From a virus (Duplodnaviria; Caudoviricetes), in IMG/VR virus record IMGVR_UViG_3300018080_000211, positions 1-57,002 of that record: a DNA stretch of 57,002 nt. One strand, 5' to 3'. The position numbers and the translations under genes were made by a program. How positions within the stretch are numbered: position 1 is the stretch's first letter; every line of letters begins with the position of its first letter. The notes beneath the pieces are model-generated. The model searched no databases. It had not been told where the DNA came from and saw nothing but the letters and a program-made list of their open reading frames with translations. Shown one piece after another: positions 29,724 to 40,190 of the stretch.

Positions 29724-29757
29724 TGCGCTCCCGATGGGATTTGAACCCAATGGGAAC
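29724..29757 (-). ncRNA. tRNA-like T-arm/acceptor hairpin (minihelix-like or tRNA 3' fragment)
   Basis: GTTCCCA-TTGGG-TTCAAAT-CCCAT-CGGGAGC-G-CA. Confidence 0.4.
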
Positions 29758-29792
29758 AAAAAGAAAAATGGAGTGAGGGACAGTGCCCTCAC
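29758..29792 (-). terminator. Hairpin plus U-tract
   Basis: GTGAGGG-CACTGT-CCCTCAC then TCCATTTTTCTTTTT. Confidence 0.6.
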
Positions 29793-31027
29793 TTTTTTGA
29801 TTTGCCTTTGCCCTTCTTGGCTTTGGCTTCCTTCTTGGCAGCCTTCTTGGTTGCCTTCTGCTCGACCTTCTCTTTGGTCTGCCTCTTGTCGTGGTGCGCC
29901 TTGATGTGCTTCCAGTAGCCTTTTGGGTCTTGGCTGACCACGAGGATTTCGCCTGCGAGAGTCTTGAGTGCTCCCCTGACTCCATCCTTGAGGTCTGTGT
30001 CGTGTGTCCCGACATATGACATGCCCATCGCAAGACCGAACATGGTGTCAGGCACTTGCTGTATCTCCTCGCTCTTCATCGCTTCGAGGAGCTTGGCTTG
30101 TGTCCGAGCGCTGATGACATTCTTGTCGGTGTAGTATTGGACAACCATCTCCATCTTGTCCTTCTTCAATCCGACCTTCTTGGCTGCGTCAACAATAGTG
30201 CCGTATGCACCGATTGCCTCTGCGACCTTTGTCACCAGTGTCTCAAACTTCATGTCCTCTCCCACGTGAAGCTCGGATAAGGCAGCAAACGCACCTATCT
30301 CGAGCTGTCCCATGGCGCCACGCACATCGATGGTCAGCTGGTTTGAGCAGGCCAAGACCTGCCCACCTGCGACTCCACGCACACGGTTGTAGCCATCCCA
30401 CCTGCCGAAGTCGAAGGTGGCGATTGGCTGGATGATGCCATCGTTGTCCTTTGGCTCAACGACTATCTGGCCACCGTGAAGGCCATCGCTCTCGGTGTGG
30501 GAGATGGAAGCTTTGACATCCAGCTCCTTGAGGACATTCTTGACCGTGTCAATGTAATCCTCTGCCGCAACTGGTCGCCACTTGTTGCTCATCACTCCGA
30601 ACAACACCTGCTCGCTTCCGACCTTCGTGTGCCTGAACAGAAGAGGGACACGAGGTTGGTATGTCAGCGCTCTCTTTATCATGTTTGTCCTGTAGGCTTT
30701 GTCACCCTGCCTGAACTTCGGCAGGTTGTTGTATTCACCCAAGAAAAACATGATGGTGTCGAACATCAGTGCTGTCCTTATCGCAATCTTGTGTACAGCT
30801 CCCTTGATGTCCTCAACCACAACGCTTCCTTCCTTCGCATCTGGGTCATAGGTCAGCTCAATCGGTCTGCCTCTGACCTCAATTGCCTTCTTGACCTTCT
30901 GAACAGCTTTGTAGTCATCTGGCACATTCTTGTAGAATGGTGTTGGGTCATACCCTGACCCAGCGGTCTTTGACTTCGCTCCCTTGCCACCCTTCTTGGT
31001 GGACTTTTGACCTTTGTTCTTTGCCAT
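29789..31027 (-). CDS. DUF932-like protein with Lys-rich termini
   Basis: GVMSNKWRPV...DG...QVLACSNQL...H motif order. Confidence 0.6.
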   Translation of the reverse strand: MAKNKGQKSTKKGGKGAKSKTAGSGYDPTPFYKNVPDDYKAVQKVKKAIEVRGRPIELTYDPDAKEGSVVVEDIKGAVHKIAIRTALMFDTIMFFLGEYNNLPKFRQGDKAYRTNMIKRALTYQPRVPLLFRHTKVGSEQVLFGVMSNKWRPVAAEDYIDTVKNVLKELDVKASISHTESDGLHGGQIVVEPKDNDGIIQPIATFDFGRWDGYNRVRGVAGGQVLACSNQLTIDVRGAMGQLEIGAFAALSELHVGEDMKFETLVTKVAEAIGAYGTIVDAAKKVGLKKDKMEMVVQYYTDKNVISARTQAKLLEAMKSEEIQQVPDTMFGLAMGMSYVGTHDTDLKDGVRGALKTLAGEILVVSQDPKGYWKHIKAHHDKRQTKEKVEQKATKKAAKKEAKAKKGKGKSKK

Positions 31028-31397
31028 AGCAATTCACTCCTGCGCAGTGTAATCCGTGTCACACCTCGCTAAACCATAATAGACCAGAGGATACATAAAG
31101 ATTTTGCTTCATATTTCGACCTATTTTTTGGGAGCAAATACTGGGTATGACAGTGGCACGAACATTGATTTAAAGCCAACAGAAAGCCACCATTCCGCCA
31201 ATATCTGTGTTCAGGTGATTAACTATATGTCAGTTGTTCCAATCGTTGACTCTCGGCAATTTTGTTCGGGAGATTTTTTATTATCTGACAGACCAAAATA
31301 TAAATGATGGAATTTTTATTATGACATGAAATGAAAAATATATATTTGTGTCAAGATAAAAGTTGGTATGACAAAAAAAAATGAGTGAGGTCAGGCC

Positions 31398-33566
31398 TCA
31401 CTCGTTGTCCTCTTCGTCAGTGTCGTCATCCCAGTCGGTGTCATTTGACTCGGTGTCATCCTCGTCATCCTCGACCTGCTGGTGCTTGCCCTCATCGATG
31501 TCTGACTCAACCTGCTCCTTCAAGCGCTCGAGGTCATCCATCAGGTCATCCATCTCTGGTGGGTCAGGATAATCAACCTCAACGCCATCTCCTGCCTCGT
31601 GGAGTATTGTCTTCATCGCTGAAAGGAAGTCAGGAGTGAAGCCACGCCTGTGGGGTTCAACCGTGTGGCTCTTCGCACCTGCTGCCTTGGCCAAGCAATC
31701 CTTCTCGGTGAACACTGGGAAGGTGTCCTGCTCCCACGCTGACTCGTCATCCTCGAGGAGTGCGCTTGGGTCGGTCATCAGCTTGGCGACATGTGGCTGT
31801 GTGCGTCCATCTGCCTCGATGTCCCTGTATCTGAAGTCAAGCTCTCCCTCGAGCGCATCATTGACCGCTTCCCGCAGCTCGATGTCCACTGGGTTGAAGT
31901 TGGCTTCCTGCCACCTCTTGAACTCATCGAGCTTCGACTGTCTGTATTCACCTCGTGCCCTGATTTCTGCCATGTTCTCGTTGTGCTCTGCGTTTGGCTC
32001 TTCCAACTCTTGGCGCTCCCTCTCGTTGATGTCGCTGACTCGCTCGTTGTGGCGCTCCCACGCTGCCTCGATTTCGCTGAACTGCTCCTCGCAAGCTGTG
32101 TGGATGTCATCATTGATGTCCGAGCGCTCCTGTTCCAGCGCTGCAATCTCTGCCTCAATCTCGGTCAGGCGCACATCGTGGCCTTGCTCCTCTTTGTAGG
32201 CATCGATAATCTCCTGCTGGTCATCCTCTTCATCCTGCGCTGTGTCGTTTGACTCATCACGCTCTTCCTCATAGCGCTCTTGGATTGGGTCAATGATTTC
32301 GTGCCACCTGCTCCTCTCTGCCTCTCGCTCCTCTTCGGTCTTGGTGTTGAACCAAGCTTCCAACTCGTCAGCCTGACTCAAGAAGGCTTCGATGATTGGC
32401 TTCAACCAGTCCTCTTTATGATGCTCGAAAATCTCCTCAACGACTTCCTTGCCGACCTTGGCGAAGATGCGCATGATTTCAGGTATCATAATCAAGCTCT
32501 CGTCAGAAGTGGCTCTGATGATTTTCAGAAGCTCCTCGAGTATGTTGCGCTCGATGACAGACATTGGGAAGGCATCCAACTCGACCTTTGCCCTGTAGCG
32601 CTGGCCACCCTCTGTCTTATACAAGCCACCGTTTGTCTGCTCGCAGAAGTATGCCCACTTGGTGTCCTCTGCCTTGCGTGCCCTCTCGTTGCTGGCTCCA
32701 ACATCTTCGCACTTCATCGCTTTGTGCCTCAAGATATTCTCGGTGATTTGCTCTGGCCTCACGAACAAGCGCCTTATCCTGACAGAAGCGCAGCTGCCGT
32801 AATACTCGAGTGCCTTCTCAATCTGGTTCTTGAAGCTCTCTTGGATGTAGTATCCAGCTGGGTCAAGGTCGCTGATTGTGCACATGTAGATGTCCTGATT
32901 GATGTCCACACCAGCTTCCTGAAGCTCCTCGACCAGCTGCTTGGCATAGCTCCTCGACACGCTCCTTGAAGGCTGGCCACCTGCGGTGATGAGAGTCGAG
33001 TTAAACAGTTCAGGTATCCACTCGAATGCCTCAAACAGATTTTCCTTCTCAACCGCTATCAGCAGGTTGGAAAATGGGCTGTCCCTGATGAAACTCCTGC
33101 GCACATTCTCTTTGGCGCTGACGATGTTCATACCTTCGTATGTCACAAGGCCAGAGTCCACGAGATTTGCCCAAGCAGTGTTTATCGCTCCTGCCACTGA
33201 ACTTGTCTCACCCATCCGCAGAACATCTTCCACAAGGAATTTTATGTGGGTGTACCAGAAGTGCCTCACATTGCCTTCCTCGAGAGTTGTGCCCTCATCC
33301 CTGTAGGCTTCCCATATGACCGCTCTCATAACATCGAGCAGACAGAAATCCAAGCCAGCTCTCCTGCCGTTTGCATCTGGGGGGAACACCTCACAGATTT
33401 CCTCATAAGTCATTCCTTCGCTGACAACCTCGATGTCGAGCTGCTGTCCATCCTCGCTCTCGATGACCTCGCATATCGTGGTTATCTGCTTGTCACATTC
33501 AATCAAGTTGAACCTCTTGATTGAGCCCTTGTATTCATATTCGATTTTCCGTGTTCTTATTTCCAT
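31398..33566 (-). CDS. Topo VI-A/Spo11-like TOPRIM protein with a long acidic coiled coil
   Basis: VRHFWY, IAVEK, GGQPS, ISDLDPAGYYI and VELDA motifs; E/R-rich heptads in the C-terminal half. Confidence 0.7.
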   Translation of the reverse strand: MEIRTRKIEYEYKGSIKRFNLIECDKQITTICEVIESEDGQQLDIEVVSEGMTYEEICEVFPPDANGRRAGLDFCLLDVMRAVIWEAYRDEGTTLEEGNVRHFWYTHIKFLVEDVLRMGETSSVAGAINTAWANLVDSGLVTYEGMNIVSAKENVRRSFIRDSPFSNLLIAVEKENLFEAFEWIPELFNSTLITAGGQPSRSVSRSYAKQLVEELQEAGVDINQDIYMCTISDLDPAGYYIQESFKNQIEKALEYYGSCASVRIRRLFVRPEQITENILRHKAMKCEDVGASNERARKAEDTKWAYFCEQTNGGLYKTEGGQRYRAKVELDAFPMSVIERNILEELLKIIRATSDESLIMIPEIMRIFAKVGKEVVEEIFEHHKEDWLKPIIEAFLSQADELEAWFNTKTEEEREAERSRWHEIIDPIQERYEEERDESNDTAQDEEDDQQEIIDAYKEEQGHDVRLTEIEAEIAALEQERSDINDDIHTACEEQFSEIEAAWERHNERVSDINERERQELEEPNAEHNENMAEIRARGEYRQSKLDEFKRWQEANFNPVDIELREAVNDALEGELDFRYRDIEADGRTQPHVAKLMTDPSALLEDDESAWEQDTFPVFTEKDCLAKAAGAKSHTVEPHRRGFTPDFLSAMKTILHEAGDGVEVDYPDPPEMDDLMDDLERLKEQVESDIDEGKHQQVEDDEDDTESNDTDWDDDTDEEDNE

Positions 33567-33654
33567 GTTTCACACCTCATTCTGCTACAACAGTAGCGAT
33601 ACCATAAAGGGTGTAGGGAGTATATAATGATATTGGTATCTCTCATTTATGTGT

Positions 33655-34647
33655 TCAACCCAAGTGTTTGAGCAGAGAATTTGACCGCTTCACGATGGCC
33701 TTTGTTGCCTTGATTTTCTTGCTTGTGCCCATAACCTTCCTTGGCTTCACTTCGACCTTCCGCTTTTGCGCTCTCGCTTTGAATTCTCCCTTTGGCCTTC
33801 TGACTTCACCTCTGTGTCGCTGAAGCTCCATAACGGCAAAGGCATGAGCCCACAATCGATAGTTGCCTGTCTGCTTTGCAACCGTGAGCCAAACATCGAC
33901 ATCACGCAATATATGATGAATTTTATTTTGATACACAAATCTTAAAAGCTCCTCTGGAGCTATCTTCAACCGCTCTGAACCAACCTCTCCTCGCAACATC
34001 GCTCCAATCAGCTCGAGCTTGTTGCCCTCTTTGTCATCTGCGAATGCTTCCCCATATGCGTCAAAGAAGAGATTGTTCAACAAATCTCGGAAGCTCTCGC
34101 TTGACTCCACAACCTTCTTTAAATCCCATGGCTCAATGCCTTCCTCTTCAATGATTTCCTTCGCCAATGAAAGCTTTTGCATGTCTGTCGGTTTTTTCAT
34201 CTCGAGCTTGAGCGAAATCTTCTGAAGGTCAAGGATGATTTTGTCCATGTCATTGACCAGCAATATCATTGGTTGTTTCAGGAGCTTTGCCTTGGACACG
34301 AGGAGCTGCTGGGCGCTCTTCGTGAGGTTGTCTGCTTCGTCAAGTATCGTGAGGCGCTTCTTTTTGTCGAGTCCAGCCACACCAGTGAACTGTATCGCTC
34401 TCTTGATTTGTCCCACATTCCGCTCATCGCTTGCGTTCAGCTCGGTGATGGCGCAATCGAAATCAGCAGCAAGACAATGGGAGAGTGTCGTTTTGCCAAT
34501 TCCAGACCTTCCATGGAGTATTAGGATGGGCAGCGGTGCTCGACCTTTCCAGTGCATTTCCATCCACCTCTTCGCAGCGCTCACGATGTTGCGATTGCCG
34601 ATGAAATCCTTCAGTGATTTCGGTCGATACATCTCTGTCCAAATCAT
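33655..34647 (-). CDS. rfcL: Replication factor C large subunit-like clamp loader
   Basis: WTEMYRP, GRSGIGKTT, ELNASDER, ILDEADNL; basic tail. Confidence 0.85.
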   Translation of the reverse strand: MIWTEMYRPKSLKDFIGNRNIVSAAKRWMEMHWKGRAPLPILILHGRSGIGKTTLSHCLAADFDCAITELNASDERNVGQIKRAIQFTGVAGLDKKKRLTILDEADNLTKSAQQLLVSKAKLLKQPMILLVNDMDKIILDLQKISLKLEMKKPTDMQKLSLAKEIIEEEGIEPWDLKKVVESSESFRDLLNNLFFDAYGEAFADDKEGNKLELIGAMLRGEVGSERLKIAPEELLRFVYQNKIHHILRDVDVWLTVAKQTGNYRLWAHAFAVMELQRHRGEVRRPKGEFKARAQKRKVEVKPRKVMGTSKKIKATKAIVKRSNSLLKHLG

Positions 34648-37052
34648 CCTCGCTTCACCCCTATCTTGCCTGTGTCGAGGTATGCTGTGAGATTGGATTG
34701 TTTCAGGCCTGTCATAATCTCCTCGATACTCATGCCGAGCGCTTCGAGGATTGGCTCACTTGGGAGCACAATATGCCTTCTGACATTGTTCGGAATATCG
34801 AAGATGACACCGAAGCCTATTGGGTCATCATCCCAATCAAGTGCAACAACATCGGTCTTGGGTTTGCCTTCCACTGTCCCGAGATACACCCAGAAGCTAT
34901 CCCCACGCTTGTAATTCTTGCCGAGATAGGTGTTGCTGTAATTGGGCGCTCTGACCTGTGGCACATCAGTCTTGTATTCCTTTCGCCACGACATCGGGAT
35001 TGCCAATTTTTGTGGGTTTATGGTGGCTTCCTCGATGGATTGGATGGCCTTCTTTATCAGAGGTCGCACCTTCTCGACCTTCCCTTCAACGATGAGTTGG
35101 AAGAGCTTCTTTTGAAGCGCCTTTGTAAGCCTGCTGCTGTCCCTTCGTTTTGAGTGCGCTCCCTTGATTATCATCCGCTTCTCGATTGGGACATCACGCA
35201 CATCTTGTCCATCCCAAATCGGCACTTGGATGTATCGCTTTTTTCTGCCCCATTGAAACACGACCTCATTGATTGTTTCGAGCTTGATTTCAAAGTGGTG
35301 GCTCTCCGCATTCAATCTGCCAGCAAGCTTCTGGAAGGATTTGTTGATGTGTTTGACGGTCTTGTCGCATGCTCTCTTCAACTTGTCAAGCTCCCAATCT
35401 TCAGAGTCTGGGAATGTGAACAGAATTCCATCGGTGTCGCCATACCAGACTTTGAAGCCAGAGCGCTCGAGGATACCAATCACCCAAGCAATCATCATCC
35501 TGACAGTGCCTGTAATATCACTGCCGACCTTCCCTGCGTTGAGTCGGAAGTAATCGCTGCCCATTACACCATAGAGAGAGTTGGTGAAGAATTTGAGCAC
35601 CTCTTGTTCATCCTTCAACTCTGTATATTCATCGCTGTTGTATTCACAAGCGTGCATCCGCTCCCTTAATTGATAGCGCTCGTCAACGAGCTGGTCATAA
35701 ATTATTGGCACCAATCCTCGTGGCTTTTTGGAATAGCAGCGCCCACTCGGTGCAACGAAGTAATCGCCATCAGGCTTCGGAGATTTGACATATGTTTCCT
35801 GCGAATAATTCCCTGTTCTGACAGCGTTTGGATATGCTGTCTTCAAGTCCAAATAAATAGCCTTCCGAATGAGTCCAGTGAAGGCTTCTCCAACCCACCC
35901 ACCTTTGTCAATGCCTTTGCCCTGCTCGAGTGAGGCAACTGTTGGCAGCACGAGATAGCTATGACATTTGTGAAGGAAGTATGCGTCAGCCAATTTGCTG
36001 TTCTGGGCAAACACCTCAATCGAGCTTCCACACTTCTGGCACAAACCGATGAAGAAGCCTGTCAGATTTTTCTTGTCTATGAGTCGGTCAACCAACTCCA
36101 AATCTTTGATGTTGTAAATGAGGAGCTTTGCCATGTCTGTCCTGTACAACTCACTGATTGTCGTGCGCTCGACCTTCCCCTCACCAAGCTCCTGTTGTGA
36201 CACATAATCGAGGTGAAGGTCATCTGGCGTGCCAACATATCGTTTGACATACATCGCAAGCGTGTCCATCCGTGCGAAGTCATCCCAATTTGGACAGGTG
36301 AACTTCCTGCTCGGAGTCTTGGCACGCTCTCGCAGATAGTCGAGGTCATAATTGATGTTCCAATTCGTGATAATGTCAGGTGGATTCAATTGGAAGTATT
36401 GAGTGATAGCCATGAACAACCGCTTCTCATCCTTGTAGCTCCTCAATTTGATTTTGGCATTCGGATATGCTGCCTTGATTTTGTCATAGTCCACCTTGCT
36501 TCCTTCGGTGAACAGAATGGTGTAGGTGTTGCTGGCTTTATCCCATATTCCGACCACCAGCACTTCAGCGGTCGGATACTTGGGCAGAGCGAGTCCAAGC
36601 TCATCCTCATTCTCGATGTCCACAATGGCGATGTTCGGTGGTATCGGTTTGCAGTCCAAAGGTTTAATGTCCTTCGGATAAATCACCTCACGGTCTGGCA
36701 CTTCGATTGTGTGCCAAATCCCATGGTCATATCTCACCCTATCCTCATACAAAATATCAGCCTCATAGGTGATGGGATACTTGTTGCGGATACTCGGCAC
36801 ATTGAATGGAAAATCGACATACACCTTCAACAGTGGATTGTTATCAATGTCCACTCCCTCTTCGACTATCTCGGTGATGCAATTATCGTTTGGAAGCTTC
36901 TTTGTCTTTGGAATGTACAAATATGGTCGAGTGCCCTTGAGCACCTTGTGTACACGCTTCCCATCCTCTCCTCGACCGAAGAGATGAACCAGAAGCTCTC
37001 CCTTGACTTCATAGCGGATTTTGTAGATGGTGCACTTCATGCTTGCACCCAC
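34644..37052 (-). CDS. polB: Family B DNA polymerase
   Basis: ExoI DIE, ExoII NWNINYD, ExoIII YNIKD; DLKTAYP, KFFTNSLYG, YGDTDG, KKRY; C-terminal QSNLTAYL. Confidence 0.96.
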   Translation of the reverse strand: MGASMKCTIYKIRYEVKGELLVHLFGRGEDGKRVHKVLKGTRPYLYIPKTKKLPNDNCITEIVEEGVDIDNNPLLKVYVDFPFNVPSIRNKYPITYEADILYEDRVRYDHGIWHTIEVPDREVIYPKDIKPLDCKPIPPNIAIVDIENEDELGLALPKYPTAEVLVVGIWDKASNTYTILFTEGSKVDYDKIKAAYPNAKIKLRSYKDEKRLFMAITQYFQLNPPDIITNWNINYDLDYLRERAKTPSRKFTCPNWDDFARMDTLAMYVKRYVGTPDDLHLDYVSQQELGEGKVERTTISELYRTDMAKLLIYNIKDLELVDRLIDKKNLTGFFIGLCQKCGSSIEVFAQNSKLADAYFLHKCHSYLVLPTVASLEQGKGIDKGGWVGEAFTGLIRKAIYLDLKTAYPNAVRTGNYSQETYVKSPKPDGDYFVAPSGRCYSKKPRGLVPIIYDQLVDERYQLRERMHACEYNSDEYTELKDEQEVLKFFTNSLYGVMGSDYFRLNAGKVGSDITGTVRMMIAWVIGILERSGFKVWYGDTDGILFTFPDSEDWELDKLKRACDKTVKHINKSFQKLAGRLNAESHHFEIKLETINEVVFQWGRKKRYIQVPIWDGQDVRDVPIEKRMIIKGAHSKRRDSSRLTKALQKKLFQLIVEGKVEKVRPLIKKAIQSIEEATINPQKLAIPMSWRKEYKTDVPQVRAPNYSNTYLGKNYKRGDSFWVYLGTVEGKPKTDVVALDWDDDPIGFGVIFDIPNNVRRHIVLPSEPILEALGMSIEEIMTGLKQSNLTAYLDTGKIGVKRG

Positions 37053-37116
37053 GAGGCAGAATGGAGCGAGGTGTGAACTTGGAAAAATTCACGGCCATTC
37101 CCCTCGAGGTTTGTGC

Positions 37117-38115
37117 TCATGATTTGCTCGACTTCTCTGCCAACCAAGCAAAGAAGCACTTGAGTTGGAAGAGTGGGTTGCTTCCAACTATGATATAGTG
37201 CTCGGTTTGAGCCATGCGAATGATGATTTTCACTTTGGAGCTTCGAGGGATTTTTTCAGAGCGCTTGACCACATCAAAGGTCTTGCTCAATATATCCTGT
37301 ACACTGAAGCCATTCCAGTACAAATCGTCAATGATTTTGAAAGCACGCTCGACCTCTCCCTTGCCACAAGCCTTTAACAGCTGCTCTATCTGGCCATAAT
37401 CCACGAAATCGACAAGGCTTTGTATATCGCTGACCTCTATTACATTTGGCTGAAGGGACATCGTATAAAGCAAATTAATGGCCTTCCGCAGTGAGCCTTC
37501 CGATACTGCGGCAAGATAGCTTCGTGCGTCAGGCTTCATCTCAATTCCTTCTCCCTTCTCGATGGTGGCGATTGCCGACCTTATGTCATTCAATTCGAGC
37601 TGGTGAAATCGAAACACCTGACATCTATTTTGGATGGGTGATATAATTTTATTTGAATTATTTACACTCAATATAAATCGGCAGGTCTTGGCATATTGTT
37701 CCATTGGCCTTCGGAGAGCAGCTTGTGCGTCAGGTGTCAGGTTGTCTGCTTCATCGAGGAAGATGAGGTTGAACACCTTCCCGAGCTTTGAGTGAGGCAA
37801 TCGGGCACTGGTCGCAAACTTCTTTATCTTTGTGCGCACGACATCGATGCCACGCTCATCCGATGCGTTCAGCTCAATCCAATTGTTTTTCCACTCGCTT
37901 CCGAAGGCATCCCTTGAGAATGCTTCTGCGCAAGTTGTCTTCCCTATTCCTGCATCACCGACAAAGATGAGGTGTGGCATATTCCTGTCGCCATCCTGTA
38001 TGGCCTTGACCATATGTTTCAGCCTGCTGACTATGTGGTCTTGTCCAATCACCTCATCCAAGCTTTTTGGCCTGTACTTTTCAATCCATGGTAGATTTTC
38101 ATCTCTCATTTTCAC
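37117..38115 (-). CDS. rfcS: Replication factor C small subunit
   Basis: PWIEKYRP, GDAGIGKTT, ELNASDERGIDVVR, DEAD, AQAALRR, QNRC. Confidence 0.95.
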   Translation of the reverse strand: MKMRDENLPWIEKYRPKSLDEVIGQDHIVSRLKHMVKAIQDGDRNMPHLIFVGDAGIGKTTCAEAFSRDAFGSEWKNNWIELNASDERGIDVVRTKIKKFATSARLPHSKLGKVFNLIFLDEADNLTPDAQAALRRPMEQYAKTCRFILSVNNSNKIISPIQNRCQVFRFHQLELNDIRSAIATIEKGEGIEMKPDARSYLAAVSEGSLRKAINLLYTMSLQPNVIEVSDIQSLVDFVDYGQIEQLLKACGKGEVERAFKIIDDLYWNGFSVQDILSKTFDVVKRSEKIPRSSKVKIIIRMAQTEHYIIVGSNPLFQLKCFFAWLAEKSSKS

Positions 38116-38154
38116 ACCTCGCCTGAATACATTATCGACTCCTCAATACTTAAA

Positions 38155-38418
38155 TCATTCTGATGTAGTGATTACAAGATACTCTGCCCTCAACATTGTG
38201 TTATTCCTGACTCGATAAAACACGCTCTCCTCAAGCTCAAGATATGTTCCAAGCTTCGATAAGCCTGTTGTCTTTGGTCGGCAGCTCCCGCAGGTCTGAT
38301 GTTCCACGAGGATTTCACCCTCAACGAGCACCAGCACTGACGGTGCTTTTGTCTTGTTCTTTGAACTCATCTGTTGCGCAAACAATCCGACCTTCTCAAC
38401 GCTTAATCCGAATGCCAT
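38155..38418 (-). CDS. Hypothetical protein (likely start MAFGLSV)
   Basis: TGATG overlap with the PLP-enzyme gene stop. Confidence 0.5.
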   Translation of the reverse strand: MAFGLSVEKVGLFAQQMSSKNKTKAPSVLVLVEGEILVEHQTCGSCRPKTTGLSKLGTYLELEESVFYRVRNNTMLRAEYLVITTSE

Positions 38419-39419
38419 CAAATCACTCCTCTGGATTTGAGATATTTCACCATCTCTTCCTCTGTTGTGTGTCCATCTCCCATCAGGCCATCTCCCATGC
38501 CAAGCTTTGGCGACCATTCGCCACCCACATTCCAGAAGTGAACAGGTGGCTCGAGGTCGTCAAGGTGGTCTATCATCCAACTGAAAGCCTTGGCATCAAT
38601 GAATTGGTCGCAAGGGAAGTTTGGCCTGTACAGAGCTTTGTCGTTGTAGCTGTATCCATCGTCAACAATTTCAAATGTCCACTTCCTATCCGAGCGCATC
38701 AATGGGCTGTTCCTGACATTAATCATCTTCCGAGCATCCGTGAGTATCTTGTCGTGGCGCTTCTTGAAATTGTGAATCAATACACCTTTGACATCGATTG
38801 ATATGTTGTTCTCCATTATACCTGCGAGCAATCCCGAGAGGATAGTGCCACTGGACACAACCATCACAAGAGTGCCATTGGTGTCGAGTTTATCCTTGAC
38901 CGCTTCGATGAGCTTCATATGTTCGGTCTTGCTTTCGTTGAGTCGAAGGCCAACAGGCAGATAGCGATAGTTGTCCACACCCTTCCTTCGCAGCCAATCC
39001 TTTGCCCAACCTTGAACAATCCTTTGGTGGTGTCCTCGAAGCTCCACCCCTGTGCTGCCGAATGACTTCATCATCTTCCTGTAAAAGTCATCGTGCCCTG
39101 TTGGATAAAATCCATAGTGCTTCATATCGAATTGCTCGGCAAAGTATCCGACTCCCCAACCAACACGAGCAATGATTGTGTCTTGGCTCACGACCGTTTT
39201 GACTCCCTCTTCCTGAAGCTTCTCGAAGTATGGCACGATGCCTCTGACCTTTGAGAAGTTGGGCATGGGGAATGGGAATGGCAAATCATCTCGGACAACA
39301 GTGAATTCCTTCCCTTCCTCTGTCCTGTAATCCTCGAGGGTGGGCATGTCCAATCCGTGTAGCTTGCCTTGGAGCTTCCTGCTGTCCCTCAATTCCAGCT
39401 CGATGTCCTGCCGTTTCAA
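38418..39419 (-). CDS. Fold-type II PLP-dependent enzyme
   Basis: VVRDDL...FSKVRG (candidate PLP Lys), VSSGTILSGL phosphate loop, DAKA, HFWNVG. Confidence 0.75.
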   Translation of the reverse strand: MKRQDIELELRDSRKLQGKLHGLDMPTLEDYRTEEGKEFTVVRDDLPFPFPMPNFSKVRGIVPYFEKLQEEGVKTVVSQDTIIARVGWGVGYFAEQFDMKHYGFYPTGHDDFYRKMMKSFGSTGVELRGHHQRIVQGWAKDWLRRKGVDNYRYLPVGLRLNESKTEHMKLIEAVKDKLDTNGTLVMVVSSGTILSGLLAGIMENNISIDVKGVLIHNFKKRHDKILTDARKMINVRNSPLMRSDRKWTFEIVDDGYSYNDKALYRPNFPCDQFIDAKAFSWMIDHLDDLEPPVHFWNVGGEWSPKLGMGDGLMGDGHTTEEEMVKYLKSRGVI

Positions 39420-40189
39420 TCCACATCACCTACCAAGATTGCGACCGCATTGTCCAATTGCTTTCTGTTCAGGCCAAGCTCTCGCATGAGCTTCTTGTTT
39501 GGCTTCTCAAAGAGGTTGAGGAGCGCCTGATTTACCTCACCGACACTGCCATATTTTTCCAGAAGCTTCTCTGCGGTCTTGTCGCCAATAAATGGATAGC
39601 TCAAGAGCACTCTCATTGCTCGGTCTTTGTGTGTTGCTGTCGGTCGAGTCGCAACAACCTCGCTCCTGTCTTTGCTATCCCTTGCCTTGTAGTACATTCT
39701 CACAATCAACTCGGCAGCTTCTCTCCTGTCTGAACAGAAGATTGGGGGAAATCCTCGAAGGCTACAACTGGCTATCGCTCCAAACAACCGCAGCTTCCTT
39801 CGGTTGTATTCCGCTATCTTTTGAGCGCTCGTCAATCGTGGCTTGTAAAACACCTTCTTTTTGATGTCCTTGAACACTTCGGTGATAGGCTTATCGACCA
39901 AGAAAAATGCGTGAGGATATTGGGACAATTCTTGGAGCTTCGCAAACAGGTTGCCATTCTCGATTTCATCCCACAAATCTTCGCTCTTCCGCTCGACCGC
40001 AAACCCAAACTTTGGGTCAGCATAATCTCCGACCTCGAGCTGAACCACTTTGGCCTTTGAGCCAATGTCAATACTCCCAGCCTTGTCCAGTGATATTTTT
40101 TCATTTGCGTCAGGTGCAAACTTCTGGAGCGCTCCCTTCACCAACCTCTTCATCATGTCGTGTTCTCTGTTGTCAATCAATAATGTCAT
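39416..40189 (-). CDS. ERCC4/XPF-family endonuclease with HhH
   Basis: IDNRE, LEVGDY, VERKS; HhH PFIGDKTAEKLLEKYGS. Confidence 0.88.
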   Translation of the reverse strand: MTLLIDNREHDMMKRLVKGALQKFAPDANEKISLDKAGSIDIGSKAKVVQLEVGDYADPKFGFAVERKSEDLWDEIENGNLFAKLQELSQYPHAFFLVDKPITEVFKDIKKKVFYKPRLTSAQKIAEYNRRKLRLFGAIASCSLRGFPPIFCSDRREAAELIVRMYYKARDSKDRSEVVATRPTATHKDRAMRVLLSYPFIGDKTAEKLLEKYGSVGEVNQALLNLFEKPNKKLMRELGLNRKQLDNAVAILVGDVD

Positions 40190-40190
40190 T

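Noticed and set aside
29724-29757. Full tRNA gene or active attP
   Set aside because: There is no D or anticodon arm, and no integrase was recognised; it is kept only as a tRNA-like fragment.
34644-37052. Intein or split in PolB
   Set aside because: All motifs lie in order within a normal 802-aa length, and no intein signatures were seen.
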